64,000 bases of DNA from Vicugna vicugna. Lineage: Eukaryota. Location of the stretch: positions 1,674,001-1,738,000 of the forward strand of contig MU058718.1 in assembly GCA_013265495.1 (NCBI GenBank), written 5' to 3'. Below are positions 23,631-36,094 of this stretch, in pieces. The notes under the pieces were generated by a model that was given only the letters and a program-made list of their open reading frames with translations, made no database searches and was not told the origin of the DNA. Positions within the stretch are counted from its first letter, which is position 1; every line of letters begins with the position of its first letter. The translations under genes were made by a program, and so were the position numbers.

Positions 23631-24419
23631 AAACCGTTTCAATGTTTAGTCATCAGGTGGAGAAGGAAAAGCCAGCAAATCTCCAGATTTAGGAGAGCAG
23701 TCAATGGAGCAACCAGGAGAGATGAGTGTTAAAAGTTCAAAGTTGCTGAACTGACAAAAAGTATCCATTGGTAATAACCTTGTAAGTGCAGTTTCCATTC
23801 TGTGGTAGGAGAGCAGCCAGATTCCAGTGAGCAAAACAATGAGTGGAAAATAAAGACAGGGCAGAAATCTCAGTTGAGATGTTTTTTTCTGTGAAGGGGG
23901 CAGAGAAATGGAGCTAGAAGTAGAGGAGTTTATGATAACAAGAAAGAAGTTTCTGGTTTGTTTTCTTGGTTTTATTTTTTTTTTATCTCCATGCTTTAAC
24001 AAGAAATCACAAAGCCTCATAACATACCAGACTACTGAAAATGTCAGAGTGACCACAATTAAGCTCCACGACCAGGCATCCATGAAGCGTGAGGTATTCC
24101 ACGTACGTGGCTTTGCCAGACAACTGCTTTATCCCATTAAAGCGTCAAATCGTTTTGAAATTTTTAATGCATTTTTGTGTAAATCTTACTAAAATATACT
24201 AACCAATTCTCTACTTGCTGAATCACATTATGGACAGCAATTATATTCTGGACCACGTGGTATAATGGTGTTCTCTCACGGACTAGCAAAGTCCTTGAAA
24301 ATATTTGGTGCTTCACGAGACGATCCCCAGGGACCAGATTTTTAATTTGCTTCGTCCTCATTTGCAGATGATCAGGTGTTCCTCATAGCTGTAGTTAGGC
24401 GAGAACACCAGGCCCCATG

Positions 24420-24608
24420 GCTCTCCTCATGGCTGTGTAATAGAATTAATTGGTGGGGTGATGGATGGGGGGTGGGGGCAGTGGGCTTTTAAAAGTCCCT
24501 GCCGAGACACCAGAGATTCTGATCCAATCAGTGTGGGGTAGGGCGTGGGCATTAGAGATTGTTCTGCAGATGGTTCTAATCTAATGCAACTAGGGTTGAA
24601 AACCATTG
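24420..24608. mobile_element. MER5B-like DNA transposon
   Basis: CCAGAGATTCTGATCCAATCAGTGTGGGGTAGGGCGTGGGCATT...AGGGTTGAAAACCATTG. Confidence 0.7.
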
Positions 24609-25769
24609 ACATGGCCCAAACTTTTCCTTTCAAGTTGAAGAAACAGATATCCATAGAGGTTGAATGAACTACGATCATTTAATGTCTAGTCATCAGTGTG
24701 CTGTGCCTCTTTAAAAGAGCCCAGTCCCCACTTCTGTTCAGGCTGGGAAATGTCTTCATTCACTGGAACGTTTGTTGAGTTCTTGGTACATGCTAGAATC
24801 TGGTGGAAGCACATTAGAGACCTAGGTGAATAAGATACAGTGTTTCCTGGTGGGGAGTTCAGAGTCTGTTGGGTTAAAACTGCAAAAATAAAATTAAAGT
24901 TAAATATGTGAAAGGAATCACTTACACAGTGGAGTACAGACTAGTAAGGGACTAAAGAGTGTCTAAAATAAAAGAAAACTAGTTCTGGGTGAAAGCCTGA
25001 ATAAAGAGGATGAGCTTAAGTGGGAACACATAATTCCTAGAGAAACCACAGCATAATTAGCAGCAATCAGCCTGTTCCATTGCATACTAACCAGTCCTGA
25101 GCTAGACTTGCCTATATCAACTGATCCCTTTTTTTGTGTGAAATGTTGAGAGTTTCGCTTTTTGTAAACTCTGCCTTTGCCTTTGTTCAGAGACACAGTC
25201 TTCACAGAGGCTGTTCTGCCTTGTGCGTGCCAGGAAATCCTCAGTGCTGTAAACGATTGTCTGGGAGTCCTTTGAGTTACAGTCCTGCCCTGAGCTCAGG
25301 CGAGCACCACTGGATCAAAGAATTAACTGTCCCTTCATGAGAAAGGAAGTCCTTACACTCCTTCAGAGTCCTCTCAGAGCCACCTCCAGGGAGAGGAGGG
25401 CCCAGAGACTGGAAGTAGATGGCTGAGTTGGAGGAGCTGAGTACTAACTTGAGAGCATTTCTGTGGAGTTTGAGTGGCTGAAGAAGCTGTATTCTAGAAG
25501 CTGAGGAGAAACTAAAACAAAAAAGCTGGTAATAAGCAATTGCCAGAAGTAGCCAAAATATTGAAAACAGTAAACCAGGTGGTAGATGAGCTGACTTAAA
25601 CTTCAGTGAGTTAAAAAAAAAAAAAGCAAAACAAAAACACCCTATTTGTGCTTAATCACCTTGCATCCTTGACAAGATTTTCTTCCAACGGATTGTCCTG
25701 CATGTTTTTGCTTTTTACTATTTGTTATTTTTATCATTTCAAAATATTTCAAAAATAATTTCAAAGTAT

Positions 25770-26035
25770 CAAAATCATTTCATTGGAAAAAATGAACCCT
25801 ACTCAAGTATTTTAATACAAAGTGAAAGTCCCCATAATGCTGCCCTCATAGAAAATCAACATGAAGTTTGTGTACTTTCCTGATTATTTTTCTGTGTACG
25901 AATAATGTGTTTTATTATACTGATTACAATTTCAGAAAAAATGAGAACACACTATAAAACTGTTCTATAACTTGCATTTTAACTCAACAGTTTTTCGGGG
26001 ACATCTTTCCATGTCAACACACAGAAGTTACACCT
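25770..26035 (-). mobile_element. Ancient L1ME 3' fragment (resumes after the LTR at about 26581)
   Basis: AAAATGAGAACACACTATAAAACTGTTCTATAACTTGCATTTTAACTCAACAG...GACATCTTTCCATGTCA. Confidence 0.6.
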
Positions 26036-26580
26036 TGAAGGGAATCAGAATATGCCACCCCAGAGTACGCCTCTTAAGGGTAAGGATTATTTTGAGCTGA
26101 AGGCAGTTGTAGGATGGCAGGCATGGGAGAAGCTCTCTGCCCTCCCCATCTGCCTAAAATAGGGCATGCGTTTCCTTTGTAAAGGTGACATACATTTCCC
26201 TTGTGGAGGCATTCCCCCTCTCCCATACCTCCTCCTTATCACAGGAGAGGGCACCAAGATGAGTCTGCATACACAAACCTTACTAAATAAACCTTATGCA
26301 CCATTTGTTTCCCCCAAATATCTAACTCCCCACAACGTACTGCCCCTCAGAGCCCAAACCCCTTTTCCTTTGTCTAGTCACTTTCCACAACATATCGCTC
26401 TTTGTTAAACGTCTAAGTCTAACTGCCTCTTGGTGTTTTCCCTTCTTTTATGGGGACTCATAAAATGAATCTTTTTGAGCCTTTTCTCCTGTTAATCTGT
26501 CATTTGTCAGTTTAATTCACAGGCATCAAGAATAGAACCTAAGAGGGTAGAGGAAAAGGGATTTTTTTTCCTCCCCCACA
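26036..26580 (+). mobile_element. MER34/MER39-like ERV1 solo LTR
   Basis: TG...CA termini; ATCAGAATATGCCACCCC...GGATTATTTTGAGCTGAAGGCA start, GAACCTAAGAGGGTAGAGGAAAA...CCTCCCCCACA end; 4-bp TSD ACCT/ACTT. Confidence 0.85.
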
Positions 26581-26830
26581 ACTTCTGTTTGTTAAATGGC
26601 CACATATTATGCATTTTGCAATTTCAAAGTAGAAGGTGAGGTTAATTTAGGCTTAGTTTTTTTGCTGGAACATAAAGTGTGTTTATCTCAGTGGTATTCA
26701 ACTTCACACATACTGTCTATGATGAAAACAATTTAATGAGACATCACTAATCATACTTTACTGGAAGCTTCCAGCAGTAAAGGCAAACCTAAGGGCAATT
26801 TAAAAGCTTTTAGAATACTCAGCCTTCCTT

Positions 26831-26863
26831 TGGATGTTGGATCTGGATGTTGGATCTGGATGT
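26831..26863. repeat. 13-bp tandem repeat (TGGATGTTGGATC) x2.5
   Basis: Directly visible perfect copies. Confidence 0.9.
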
Positions 26864-28173
26864 CTCAATGATAAGAGAAACTGTACTTTTTCGTGGTAGA
26901 AATAGACGAAGTAAAACAATGTAAACAGAGAAACCAAACCACTTAAGGATAAATGCTTTCAAAATTTCAAGACTTTTGATCCCGCAAGGAATAATAACCA
27001 CCAGTATGTACTGATAATTCTATTAAACGCTAGGTGCGTTATATGGGCTACTTCACTTAATCACCATGCTAACCCCATGGGACTACTCATAGTATCCCTA
27101 AAATGTGGACTTTCTTAACTCTGATACCTCCCCCCCTCAACATTCCACATTCATAAAATACTAACAGGCACATTGACCCTGCTTCCCCTTATAGGATTTC
27201 TGCATACCTAACAGAGGCCTGGCATTTATATCTAAATCTCCTCTGAAGTCAATGAATGCATTCAAAATCAACAAAGATTACCTTCAACTAAATTAGAAAA
27301 CTTTTTACAGATCTCTTGCAGAACTGCATATAGCTTTCAAGGCAGGCTCTTTAATAAGTAGTTTTCTCTATGACACAACGGAATTTGATTTCTGAAAAAT
27401 AGGAAAGGCCTTTCTGTGGGAACTGCACGTATCATTGGAAGTGCCCAACTTCCTCTTCTAAGCTAATACTGCCCTCCCTTTGGCCTGTGCTTTGGAAAAT
27501 GACAGGATAGGGGTAAGGCGGGGATGGGGGGTTGGTGTGCAATCCTTGACCAGGTGATCACTGACCCCAGGGCAGTTAATCCCAGTGGGAGTTAAACTGT
27601 CCCCTGGTTTAGCCTGGCACATGAAGATGAGCCGGTTTCCTTCTTAAGATTTTGAACTTATTCAAATACTGAAAGATTGAAGCTTAGCAAGAGGAGATGA
27701 AGCTAAGTGTTCATGAGTAACAGAGAGACTACAGGGTCTAGTAAGTCATGAAAACCCCTAAGAAAGTAGCAGGATGAAGTCAAGGGAGATGGAGAGGGCT
27801 TCAGCACAAAGGACAAACCCAAAATATTAAAGGTAGCATAACACCTGGGCTCCCATCCATCTCCTGTCCCCTGGGCTGTGGAGGGGATCAGAATATGCCA
27901 CCCTAAAATATACCACAGCGGCATGGGGATTATTTTGAGCTGAGGACAGTTGAAAAACAGTACACATACCCCCTACACAAAAGCTCTCTTCCCTCCCCAC
28001 TTTTGCCCAAAAGTGGGGCATACATTTCGTTTTCCCTTTGTAAAGGAGCACCCTCTTCCCACTCTCGTACCTCAAGGGGCAAAATTCTTTTCTTAATTGA
28101 ATTTTTATTGAAGTATAGTTTATCTACAATGTTGTATTAGTTTCAGGTGTACAGTAAAGTGATTTAGATTTAG

Positions 28174-28225
<52 letters not shown>
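28174..28225. repeat. (AGAT)13 microsatellite
   Basis: Perfect tetranucleotide run inside the L1 3'UTR. Confidence 0.95.
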
Positions 28226-28605
28226 TGATTCTTTTTCAGATTCTTTTCCATTACAGGCTATTATGAGCTACTGAATATAGTTCCTGATGCTGTACAGTAG
28301 GACCTTGTTGTTTATCTATTTTATATATAGTAGTATCTGTTAATCCCACACTCCTAATTTATCCCTCACCCGCTCCCTCTTTGGTAACCATAGTTTGTTT
28401 TCTATATCTGTGAGTCTGTTTCTGTTTTACAAATAAGTTCATTTGTATCATTTTTTTAGATTCCACATATAAATATCATATGTTTGTCTTTCTCTGTCAG
28501 ACTTACCTTACTTAGTATGACAATCTCCAGGTCCATCCATGTTTCTGCAAATGGCTTTATTTCATTCTTTTTTGTGGCTGAGTAATATTCCATTTTATGG
28601 AATAA

Positions 28606-28641
28606 ATATATATATAAAATATATATATATATATATATATA
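28606..28641. repeat. Interrupted (TA)n microsatellite
   Basis: Visible run inside the L1. Confidence 0.9.
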
Positions 28642-31029
28642 CCACATCTTTATCCATTCATCTGTTAATGGACACTTAGGTTGCTTCCATGTCTTGGCTA
28701 TTGTAAATAGTGTTGTTATGAACACTGGAGTACATGTATCTTTTCAAATTAGAGCTTTTGTCTTTTCCAGATATATTCTCAGGAGTGGGATTGCTGGATC
28801 GTATGGTAACTCTATTTCTAGTTTTTTAGGGAAACTCCATACTGTTTTCCACAGTGACTGCACCAATTTACTTCCCACCAACAGTGTATGAGTGTTCCCT
28901 TTTCTTCACACCCTCTCCAGCATTTATCATTTGTAGACTTTTTGATGATGGCCATGCTGACCTATATGAAGTAATACTTCATTGCAGTTTTGATTTGCAT
29001 TTGCCTGATGATTAGTGATACTGAGCATTTTTTCATGTGTCTATATGCCGTCTGTATGTCTTCCTTGGAGAAATGTCTATTTAGGTCTTCTGCCCATTTT
29101 TTGATTGGATTGTTTGGTTTTTTTGATATTGAGCTGTATGAGCTGTTTGTATAGTTTGGAAATTAAGCCCTTGTCAGTCGCATCGTTTGCAACTATTTTC
29201 TCCCAGTCTGTAGGTTGTCTTTTCATTTTGTTTCTAGTTTCCTTTGCTGTGCAGAAGCTTATAAGTTTGATTAGGTCCAATTTGTTTATTTTTGCTTTTA
29301 TTTCTTTTGCCTTGGGAGACTGACCTAAGAAAACATTACTATGATTTATGTCAGAGAATGCTTTGCCTATGCTGTCTACTAGGAGTTTCATGGTGTCATG
29401 TCTTATATTTAAGTCTTCAAGCCATTTAGAGTTTGTTTTTGTGTATGGTGTGATTCTAACTTCGTTAGTTTACATGCAGCTGTTCAGCTTTCCCAACACC
29501 ACCTGCTGAAGAGGATGTCTTTTCTCTGTTGTGTATTCTTGTGGAAGGGCAAAACTCTTAATCACTGGAGACTCTAGACTCTTGTCAGCCCAGAGACAGA
29601 ACTGAGAGCAATCTACATAAGAAACCTTACCAAACAACCCTTGTCCTCCATTAGTTTCTCTGAGAGCCTAAACCCTGAGAGCCTAAACCCCTTTTTCTTT
29701 GTCAGATTCTCCATAATTTTGTTGCTCTTTGTTAAAATGGTTTGCAAGGGCCTGTGTCTAACCATCCCTTTGAGTTTCTCCCACATATCTACACACTGCC
29801 TGTGTAAATAAACTTGGTTTTCTTTTCTCTCATTAATCTGTCTTTTGCCAGTTTAGCTTGCAGGGCCCCAGTCAGGGAACCTAAGAGGAGGACAGAGGGA
29901 GAAAAAGCTTTTTCCTCCCCTGCAGCTGTGGTCAGAGATTTGGGCCTCAATGCAGTGAGCCAGCAGTGGAGCCCTAACGCTGAATTCTGTGAGAGGGACC
30001 AATAGCAGAGACACCAGGGCGAATGAGCACTAAAGCAGAGCGCTTGTTTTAATCAGCATCACCCTATCCAATTCCTGAGTTCTACAAGAGGCATAAATAA
30101 AATTCTGTGTAATAGTAACTTCTTTATTACTTCCTAATTTGGATTTACATAGCCATTTGAAAAATACATAGACATAACTACTGAGCCAGTGTGTGCTAAC
30201 GCTTCCAAGTTAGAGGCAGTAAATAAAGTTTTAGGCTATGAAAGTTTTAGTCAAATGTCACCTACCTATAAATATTTTACATAAGTACCCAGTGAATCTT
30301 TGGCCAAAATGATAGGGTTACCTACTGTACCCACAATGTCTGCCGACAATATCCCCTCCCTATTTTAATATATCAGAATCTCTAAGAAATTTTAGACTTC
30401 AAACACAATTTTAAAAGATAGCTATTAAGAGCAAGTGGTAGAGTTCTGCCTAACTTTTTTCTTTACCTTTGAGATACTCATAAATCTACTGAGCTCTATA
30501 CATTTATGTCCTGGGAACACAGACTTGCCTTCTGAGTTCTCATGAGGGGCTGTGAGCTTTGCAATTAAAAAGAAGAAGAAGAAATTTATAGTATCTAATG
30601 TATCTCCAACCCCGAGAATTTTATTTAGTTATTCAAACAACATTTATTGAGTTCCTATTCTGTGCTTCCTATATGGGGCAAAGTGACACATCAGAGTTTC
30701 ATCCACTACCCTAAGTTTTCAAAACACCTACCTGAAATATACTCCATCCCAAGGGAATAGCATCATCTCTGTAGAGGAAAGACCTGAGTATGTATATTTT
30801 TGAAACAAGTCTTTAGGGGATTCTGATATACTTACCCCCACTCCCAATCTCACTCTCTATGACTTGTTAAAACTGCTCTGTAGTCAGTAGGATTTGATCC
30901 TAAAATGATGTGGTTGATTTTTGAGAATGGAAATTTAAAACGTGACTAATGAGGCATCACTACAAATCACATGCCTTTTTATGCCCTTTATTGTCGTCAT
31001 TTTATTCTGCTAAGGCTGCATGTAGCTGA

Positions 31030-31600
31030 CAGGCAGCACTCGTTTTATTGCCCTCTGCCTTGCTGTGCTTCGCAGAGATTGCGTCTCTTATAAACTGAAG
31101 GTTTGCTGCAACCCTGCATCCAGCAAGACTGCTGGCACCATTTTCCGATATCATTTGTTTACTTGGTATCTCTGTGTCACATTTTTGTAATTCTCACCAT
31201 ATTTCAACCTTTTTCATTATTCTATTTGTTATGGTGATCTATGACTAGCGATCTTCGATGTTACTGTTGTAATTGTTGTGAGGCATCATGAACATTGTCA
31301 TCTTATTTTTGAGAAGTTGCCACTGCCACCCCAACCTTCAGCATAAATATCAAGGCAACACCCTCCACCAGCAAAAAGATGACAGCTCGCTGAAAGCTCA
31401 GATGATGTTTAGCATTTTTTAGCAATAAAGTATTTTTATTTAAGGTACAGACACTGCTTTTTTAGACAAAATGCTTTTGCACACATAATAGACAACAGTA
31501 TAGTGTAAACATAACTTTTATGTGCACTGAGAAACCAAAAAATTCATGTGACTCACTTTATTGCAGGAACTAAACCTGCAATACTTTCAAGGTATGCCTG
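31030..31600 (+). mobile_element. Tigger1-derived internally deleted TcMar transposon
   Basis: Ends CAGGCA...GGTATGCCTG; Tigger1 left arm (CTCGTTTTATTG...GAAGGTTTGCTGCAACCCTGC) joined at about 31293 to the right arm (CCCTCCACCAGCAAAAAGATGAC...GCTGAAAGCTCAGATGAT). Confidence 0.9.
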
Positions 31601-32029
31601 CATTGGTTTGGCTGCTATAGCAGAGCGTTCTAGAACACAGTAACTTCAGAAAAAAGTTTCTCACATAACAGTCCTGAATAGTGGCCCAGAGGTTCTATGG
31701 TGGCACCATCATGATCAGGGACCCAAGTCCTTTTATTTTGCTGCTTTGACATCCTCAGTGTGAGGCTTTTGTAATAACTTCTCCAGCCTCCACCGTTACA
31801 TCTGCAGTCCAGCCAAAGGGGAAAACAGAAAGGGGACGATGTGGTCCTTTTCCATAAGGGTCCAACCCAGAAGTTGCACACATCAGAACCACTTGCTTCC
31901 CATTGATCAGAATAGGGTCATATCATCAAGCCTAACTAGCATATAGGCAGCATGTGTCCCCTTATAATTTTCGTTATTACATTAAAATGGGAGAAGAGAC
32001 ATTGGCTACAACTAGCAATTACTGTCACA
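31601..32029 (-). mobile_element. MLT1J-like MaLR LTR
   Basis: CAGGGACCCAAGTCCTTTTATTTTGCTGCT...CCCAGAAGTTGCACACATC...CCCATTGATCAGAA...CAACTAGCAATTACTGTCACA. Confidence 0.7.
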
Positions 32030-32229
32030 CACTATTAATAGAAGTTGATGAGTGAAATGAAGTCTGCCTCATTTTTCAGCAAGCGGCAAGAAGGGGACGC
32101 ATTCAGTCTGCTTCCAAGGATCACTTTTGATATGAACTATCTTAGTCTGAGCATCCTGGGAAACGGACTCCGAGGTGGAGATCTGTGTGCAGGGGGTTTA
32201 TTGGGAAGTGTTTCTCATAATCCGTGGGA

Positions 32230-32595
32230 TGTCTTAGTCCATTCAGGCTGCTGTGACAAAATACCATAGACTGTATCTTATAAACAATAGCAATTTAATT
32301 CTCACAGTTCTGGAAGCTGGAAAGTCCAAGATCAGGGCGCTGGTAGATTCAGTGTCTAGTGAGGGCCTGCCTCTTGGTTCTTAGATGGCTGTCTTTTCAC
32401 TGAGTCCTCACATGGAGGAAGGGACTGGGGGACTCTGTGGGGTCTCTTTTATGTGAGAACCAACCTGTCTAGGAGGGTTCCACCCTCATGGTGTAAGCAC
32501 CTCCCAAAGGCCCCACCTCCTAATACCATCACATTGGGCATTAGATTTCAACATATGAAATCGAGGGGAGGGGGACAGATATTCAGTCTACAGCA
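32230..32595 (-). mobile_element. MLT1A-type MaLR solo LTR
   Basis: TGTCTTAGTCCATTCAGGCTGCT...TCTCACAGTTCTGGAAGCTGGAAAGTCCAAGATCA...ATTCAGTCTACAGCA. Confidence 0.9.
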
Positions 32596-32804
32596 TGAAG
32601 GAAACCAGCAGGACTGAGCAGTGGTACAGTCACAGCAGAGACCTCAGCCAATCCCATAGAACACTCTGGAGCTGGAATGGCCTTTTTGAATTGGCCCTAA
32701 ATTGAGGCAAGTGTCAGACTTTTGTACCTGGCCATAACCTGTTACAGGATACAGGCTGTTTCAGGGGAGGGGGTTTAAGCTTGGGTGAAGTGGTTCTCTT
32801 AAGG

Positions 32805-33020
32805 CAGCATTTCTCAGCCTGCAGCACTGTTGACATTCTGGGCTAACTGGTTCTTCATCATAGGATGCTGTCCAGTGCACTGTGGAATGTGTAGCAGCAT
32901 CCCCAGTCTCTACCCACTAGACACCAGTAACATCCCACCCCTCTGTTACGACAACCAAAAATGTCTCCAGACGTTCCCAAATGTCCTCGGGGACAAAACT
33001 GTCCTCATTAAGAACCACTG
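32805..33020 (+). mobile_element. MER20 hAT DNA transposon
   Basis: CAGCATTTCTCAGCC...GCACTGTTGACATT...CTCTACCCACTAGACACCAGTA...GACAACCAAAAATGTCTCCAGAC...AGAACCACTG. Confidence 0.9.
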
Positions 33021-34361
33021 CCTTAGGCCCAGGGCAATGTTTATAGACGGATTCAGCTGTGAGCCATCAGCCGCCAGTACCCCTGACAGCTGGGGGAACT
33101 GAAGGGCAGATCTGGGTGATACACCAGTTTTCACTACAATGATGACGAGATCACACAAGTGGGGACAGTGCTGGGGCTCCAGCCTCCCCATCCAGTGCTC
33201 TTTCTTCGGGGAGGTGATTTACAATTTTTACACCAAGTGGATCAGGTCTTGATGATGAGCTCAGGAAAGAGCCAGGAAAGGGCTTGGAGACCCTGAACTG
33301 CTATTGAAACCCAATAGCCAAGCAGAAATTCAAAGAAGGCCCAAGGACTTGCATTTCCAGAAACAGATGCAGGGAGCGGAACAGGGAACAAGAGACCTGT
33401 TGGAATTGGGCCGCGTTCCAGCCTCACGAGGCCCTGGAGCTGGCTCTTCACCGCTCCCTCTTGCCAGTCCTTTCCTGGAAGCAGTGCTCTCCTAGGCCCG
33501 TGAGCTGCCTGACCGCTCCCCCACCTCTTGGACAAAGCCCTGTGGCCCCATCATTCATTTCCCTCCTCCCTGCTTCTCACACTGGCCCCGCGGCCTTGAC
33601 TGACCTCCTCGCTCCTGCATGCAGCTCCTCAGGCCCGCTGAGCACCCCGTTTCCTGGAGGCTCTCCCGGCCTGGAGCCACATTCCTCCAGGGCAGCCATG
33701 GGATAAGAGACCACATAATTGGGAGGAGAGGGAGGTGGACACAGAGCCTTGTTCTTTCCTTTCTTTGCCTTGAGGAGCAGCTGGTTTCCCCCCCCTCACT
33801 AGATATTGAATGGACTAGCCTGATACCCGCCCCAAAAATGTGGTGAAATCAAAATGACCACAGCAGGATTTTTTTTTAAATTCTGTACAGAAAAACTTGA
33901 GAGCAAGAAGAAAAAAAGGAAAAACAAGTTAGTGTGAAACATTCCCCAAGAGTCACCTGTTGACTTTTTTCCAGAATGAGGGAGGGGCAGTCGTAACTAC
34001 ATTTTAATGAGCTGTCCCATCCAAGGACCCTGCTGCTTCCTGGGAACTCTGAAGCCAAATTCTGCGTCTTCGACTTGGGCTCATTTCTTCCAAACCTATT
34101 GCTGACTGGTTCCTTCAAACCACTGTTGCTAGGCCAAATTCACAGTTGGCAGGTACTGGTGAAAACCCGACTAGACAATTCACGACGAACAAGAAGACTC
34201 TGTTGCTCTCCTGCATTTAGACACTCCATCCTTCTTCAGACATTTTCTTTTATAACTACAACTAAATTTTACTGAGTACTTAGTGTGAATCATTTCAAAG
34301 GCTCTGCCCTTGTCGTGCGTTATGTTGTCAATCCACATCAAGCAAAACCCTTCTCCCCCAT

Positions 34362-34748
34362 TGCAATGGACCGAGTGTTTGCATTTCCCCAAAACTCATA
34401 TGTTAAAATCCTAAACCCCCGATGTGAAGGTACTAGAAAGTGGAGTCTGGGGCCGGGGGGTGGGGGGGGGCGGGTAATTAGGTCATAAGGATGGAGGCCT
34501 CGTGAATGGGATTAATGCTCTTATAAAAGAGACCCCTGAGAGCTCTCTCTCCCTCTTCCTGCCATGTGAGAATACAATGAGAAGATGGCAATCTGCAGCC
34601 CAGAAGAGGGTCCTCACCAGTACCCAGCCCTGCTAGTACTCTGACCTTGGATTGCCCGGCCTCCCAGAGTGTGTGAAATAAAATTCTGTTGTTTATAAGC
34701 CACCCAGTTTATGGTACTTTGTTACAACAGTCCAAATTGACTAAGATA
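34362..34748 (+). mobile_element. MLT1A-type MaLR solo LTR inserted in a MIR
   Basis: TGCAATGGACCGAGTGTTTG...CTCATATGTTAAAATCCTAA...AATAAAATTCTGTTGTTTATAAGCCACCCAG...GACTAAGATA; TSD CCCAT (34357-34361, 34749-34753); MIR core resumes CCCATTTTACAGATGAGGAAA. Confidence 0.9.
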
Positions 34749-35489
34749 CCCATTTTACAGATGAGGAAATGAAGGCATAGAGCCCAAGGTCACTTACTAG
34801 AGCATGATGGAGAGGGGACTTGAACCCGGGAAGTGCAACTCTGGAGGTCTTCCAATCGTTTGCGGTCCAGCCCTCCCTGGCTTCTCTCCGCCTGACTGCA
34901 CTCCTACTGTGTCAAGGAGAATGGAGGTGGATGGGACGTGGGAGCACTGGCATCAAAACTGGCCTTAACCTCCCAGCAAGGGTCAGACACAAAAGCCAAC
35001 CACACTAATGCCTTCTTGCCAGTCAAAATTTGCCAAATACCAAGCAATTCTGTGTATAAGACTCAGAAGGCAACAAGCCCAGCGAGATAATCTACAAAAT
35101 CTGCTCTTACAAGGGCCGGAGCGGGAGCAGAAGGGGTTGCTCTCCCTGAATCTCCCACAGAGTCATCCAGCACCATGGGAATGTTCCCAATTTGAATGAT
35201 GCTTTTTGAAATAGGAATGTAAAACTACCTTCAGCTTGCTCTTTTGCCAGGCCAAAATGACTTCCTTTCTATAAACACTCTAAAAATATTGACTGTCTGC
35301 CCCATAACCAAGTTAGTGTTTGCTTTAATTTATGGTATTCCAAGTTGAAAGGGGACTAAAGTCAGAGTCAGAAAATCTGACTTTGACAAACCCTGGCAGT
35401 TTGGACCAAACTAACTCATTTCAACTCGCTGGGCCATACCAGCCTCATCCACAAGTGATGACCACGCCGGGCACAAGGCGGAAGCCGAC

Positions 35490-35750
35490 ATGACATGGTG
35501 GTAAAGGGCACAGCCTTAACAGTCAGCCTCAGGGTAGGTCCTGACTTTACCACTTACTAAGGTGTGATATTTGACTCGGTCTTGAACATCCCTAGGTCTC
35601 AATTTTCTCATTTTTAAAATAGGGATAATTATAGTGTCAATCTCTGGGATGGTGTTGTCATCACTAAATAAGATGGACACATAAATCTCTTTACACTGAG
35701 GCTGAAGCAGAGCACTCCGAACCTTCTCTGTTATTTTTTATAATCATCAT
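35490..35750 (+). mobile_element. MIR
   Basis: CTGACTTTACCACTTACTA...TCTCAATTTTCTCATTTTTAAAATAGGGATAAT. Confidence 0.75.
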
Positions 35751-36094
35751 TATTGCCACAGGACTCTCCAGAATTATTGTAAGGATTAAGTAAATTGAAG
35801 AAAAGAAAAAAGCTTTAAAGTTAGAAAGCACTATGAAAATGAAAGTTATTTTTCTGCCCACTGGTTTTCACTCTCAAATTCTACTGCTGAATTTCTTTGA
35901 AATTATTAAATATCTAAATGCTAGTTTTCCAAGGGGAAAGAAATGAAGGTTACTTTTGTTTTTCTTTGCTGTGATTTCTGAAGTTTGCCTTGTAGTCTGA
36001 AAAGGAACTTTTCCCTACTTGCCTCTCTCACAACCACATTTTCTGTTGTTAAGGAAACAAACACAAATTTTAATTTAATAGTGCAAGAAAGTCT

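Larger units (their letters stand above)
28090..29546 (-). mobile_element. L1 (cetartiodactyl/camelid), 5'-truncated: 3'UTR plus ORF2 C-terminus
   Basis: ORFs 29077-29391 ([18 protein letters not shown]...QPTDWEK) and 28456-28725 ([14 protein letters not shown]) are L1 ORF2; TSD GGGCAAAATTCTT (28077-28089) and GGGCAAAACTCTT (29547-29559). Confidence 0.95.
27879..29924 (+). mobile_element. Second MER34-like ERV1 solo LTR, split by an L1
   Basis: Same 5' (ATCAGAATATGCCACCC) and 3' (GAACCTAAGAGG...TTCCTCCCCTGCA) motifs as 26036-26580; AATAAA near 29807; GCTG on both flanks. Confidence 0.85.
32138..33138 (-). mobile_element. LTR16-like ERVL LTR hosting nested MLT1A and MER20
   Basis: GGAAACGGACTCCGAGGTGGAGATCTGTGTGCAGGGGGTTTATTGGG, resumes at 32596 (CCTCAGCCAATCCCA...CTCTGGAGCTGGAATGGCC) and at 33021 (CAGCTGGGGGAACTGAAGGGCAGATCTGGGTG). 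Confidence 0.75.

Noticed and set aside
26036..29924. Degenerate provirus bounded by two MER34-like LTRs
   Set aside because: Each LTR has its own short TSD and the spacer holds L1ME/MIR-like DNA, not gag/pol or a primer-binding site.
34449..34474. G-quadruplex-capable G-run
   Set aside because: A local G expansion inside an MLT1A LTR; no evidence of function.
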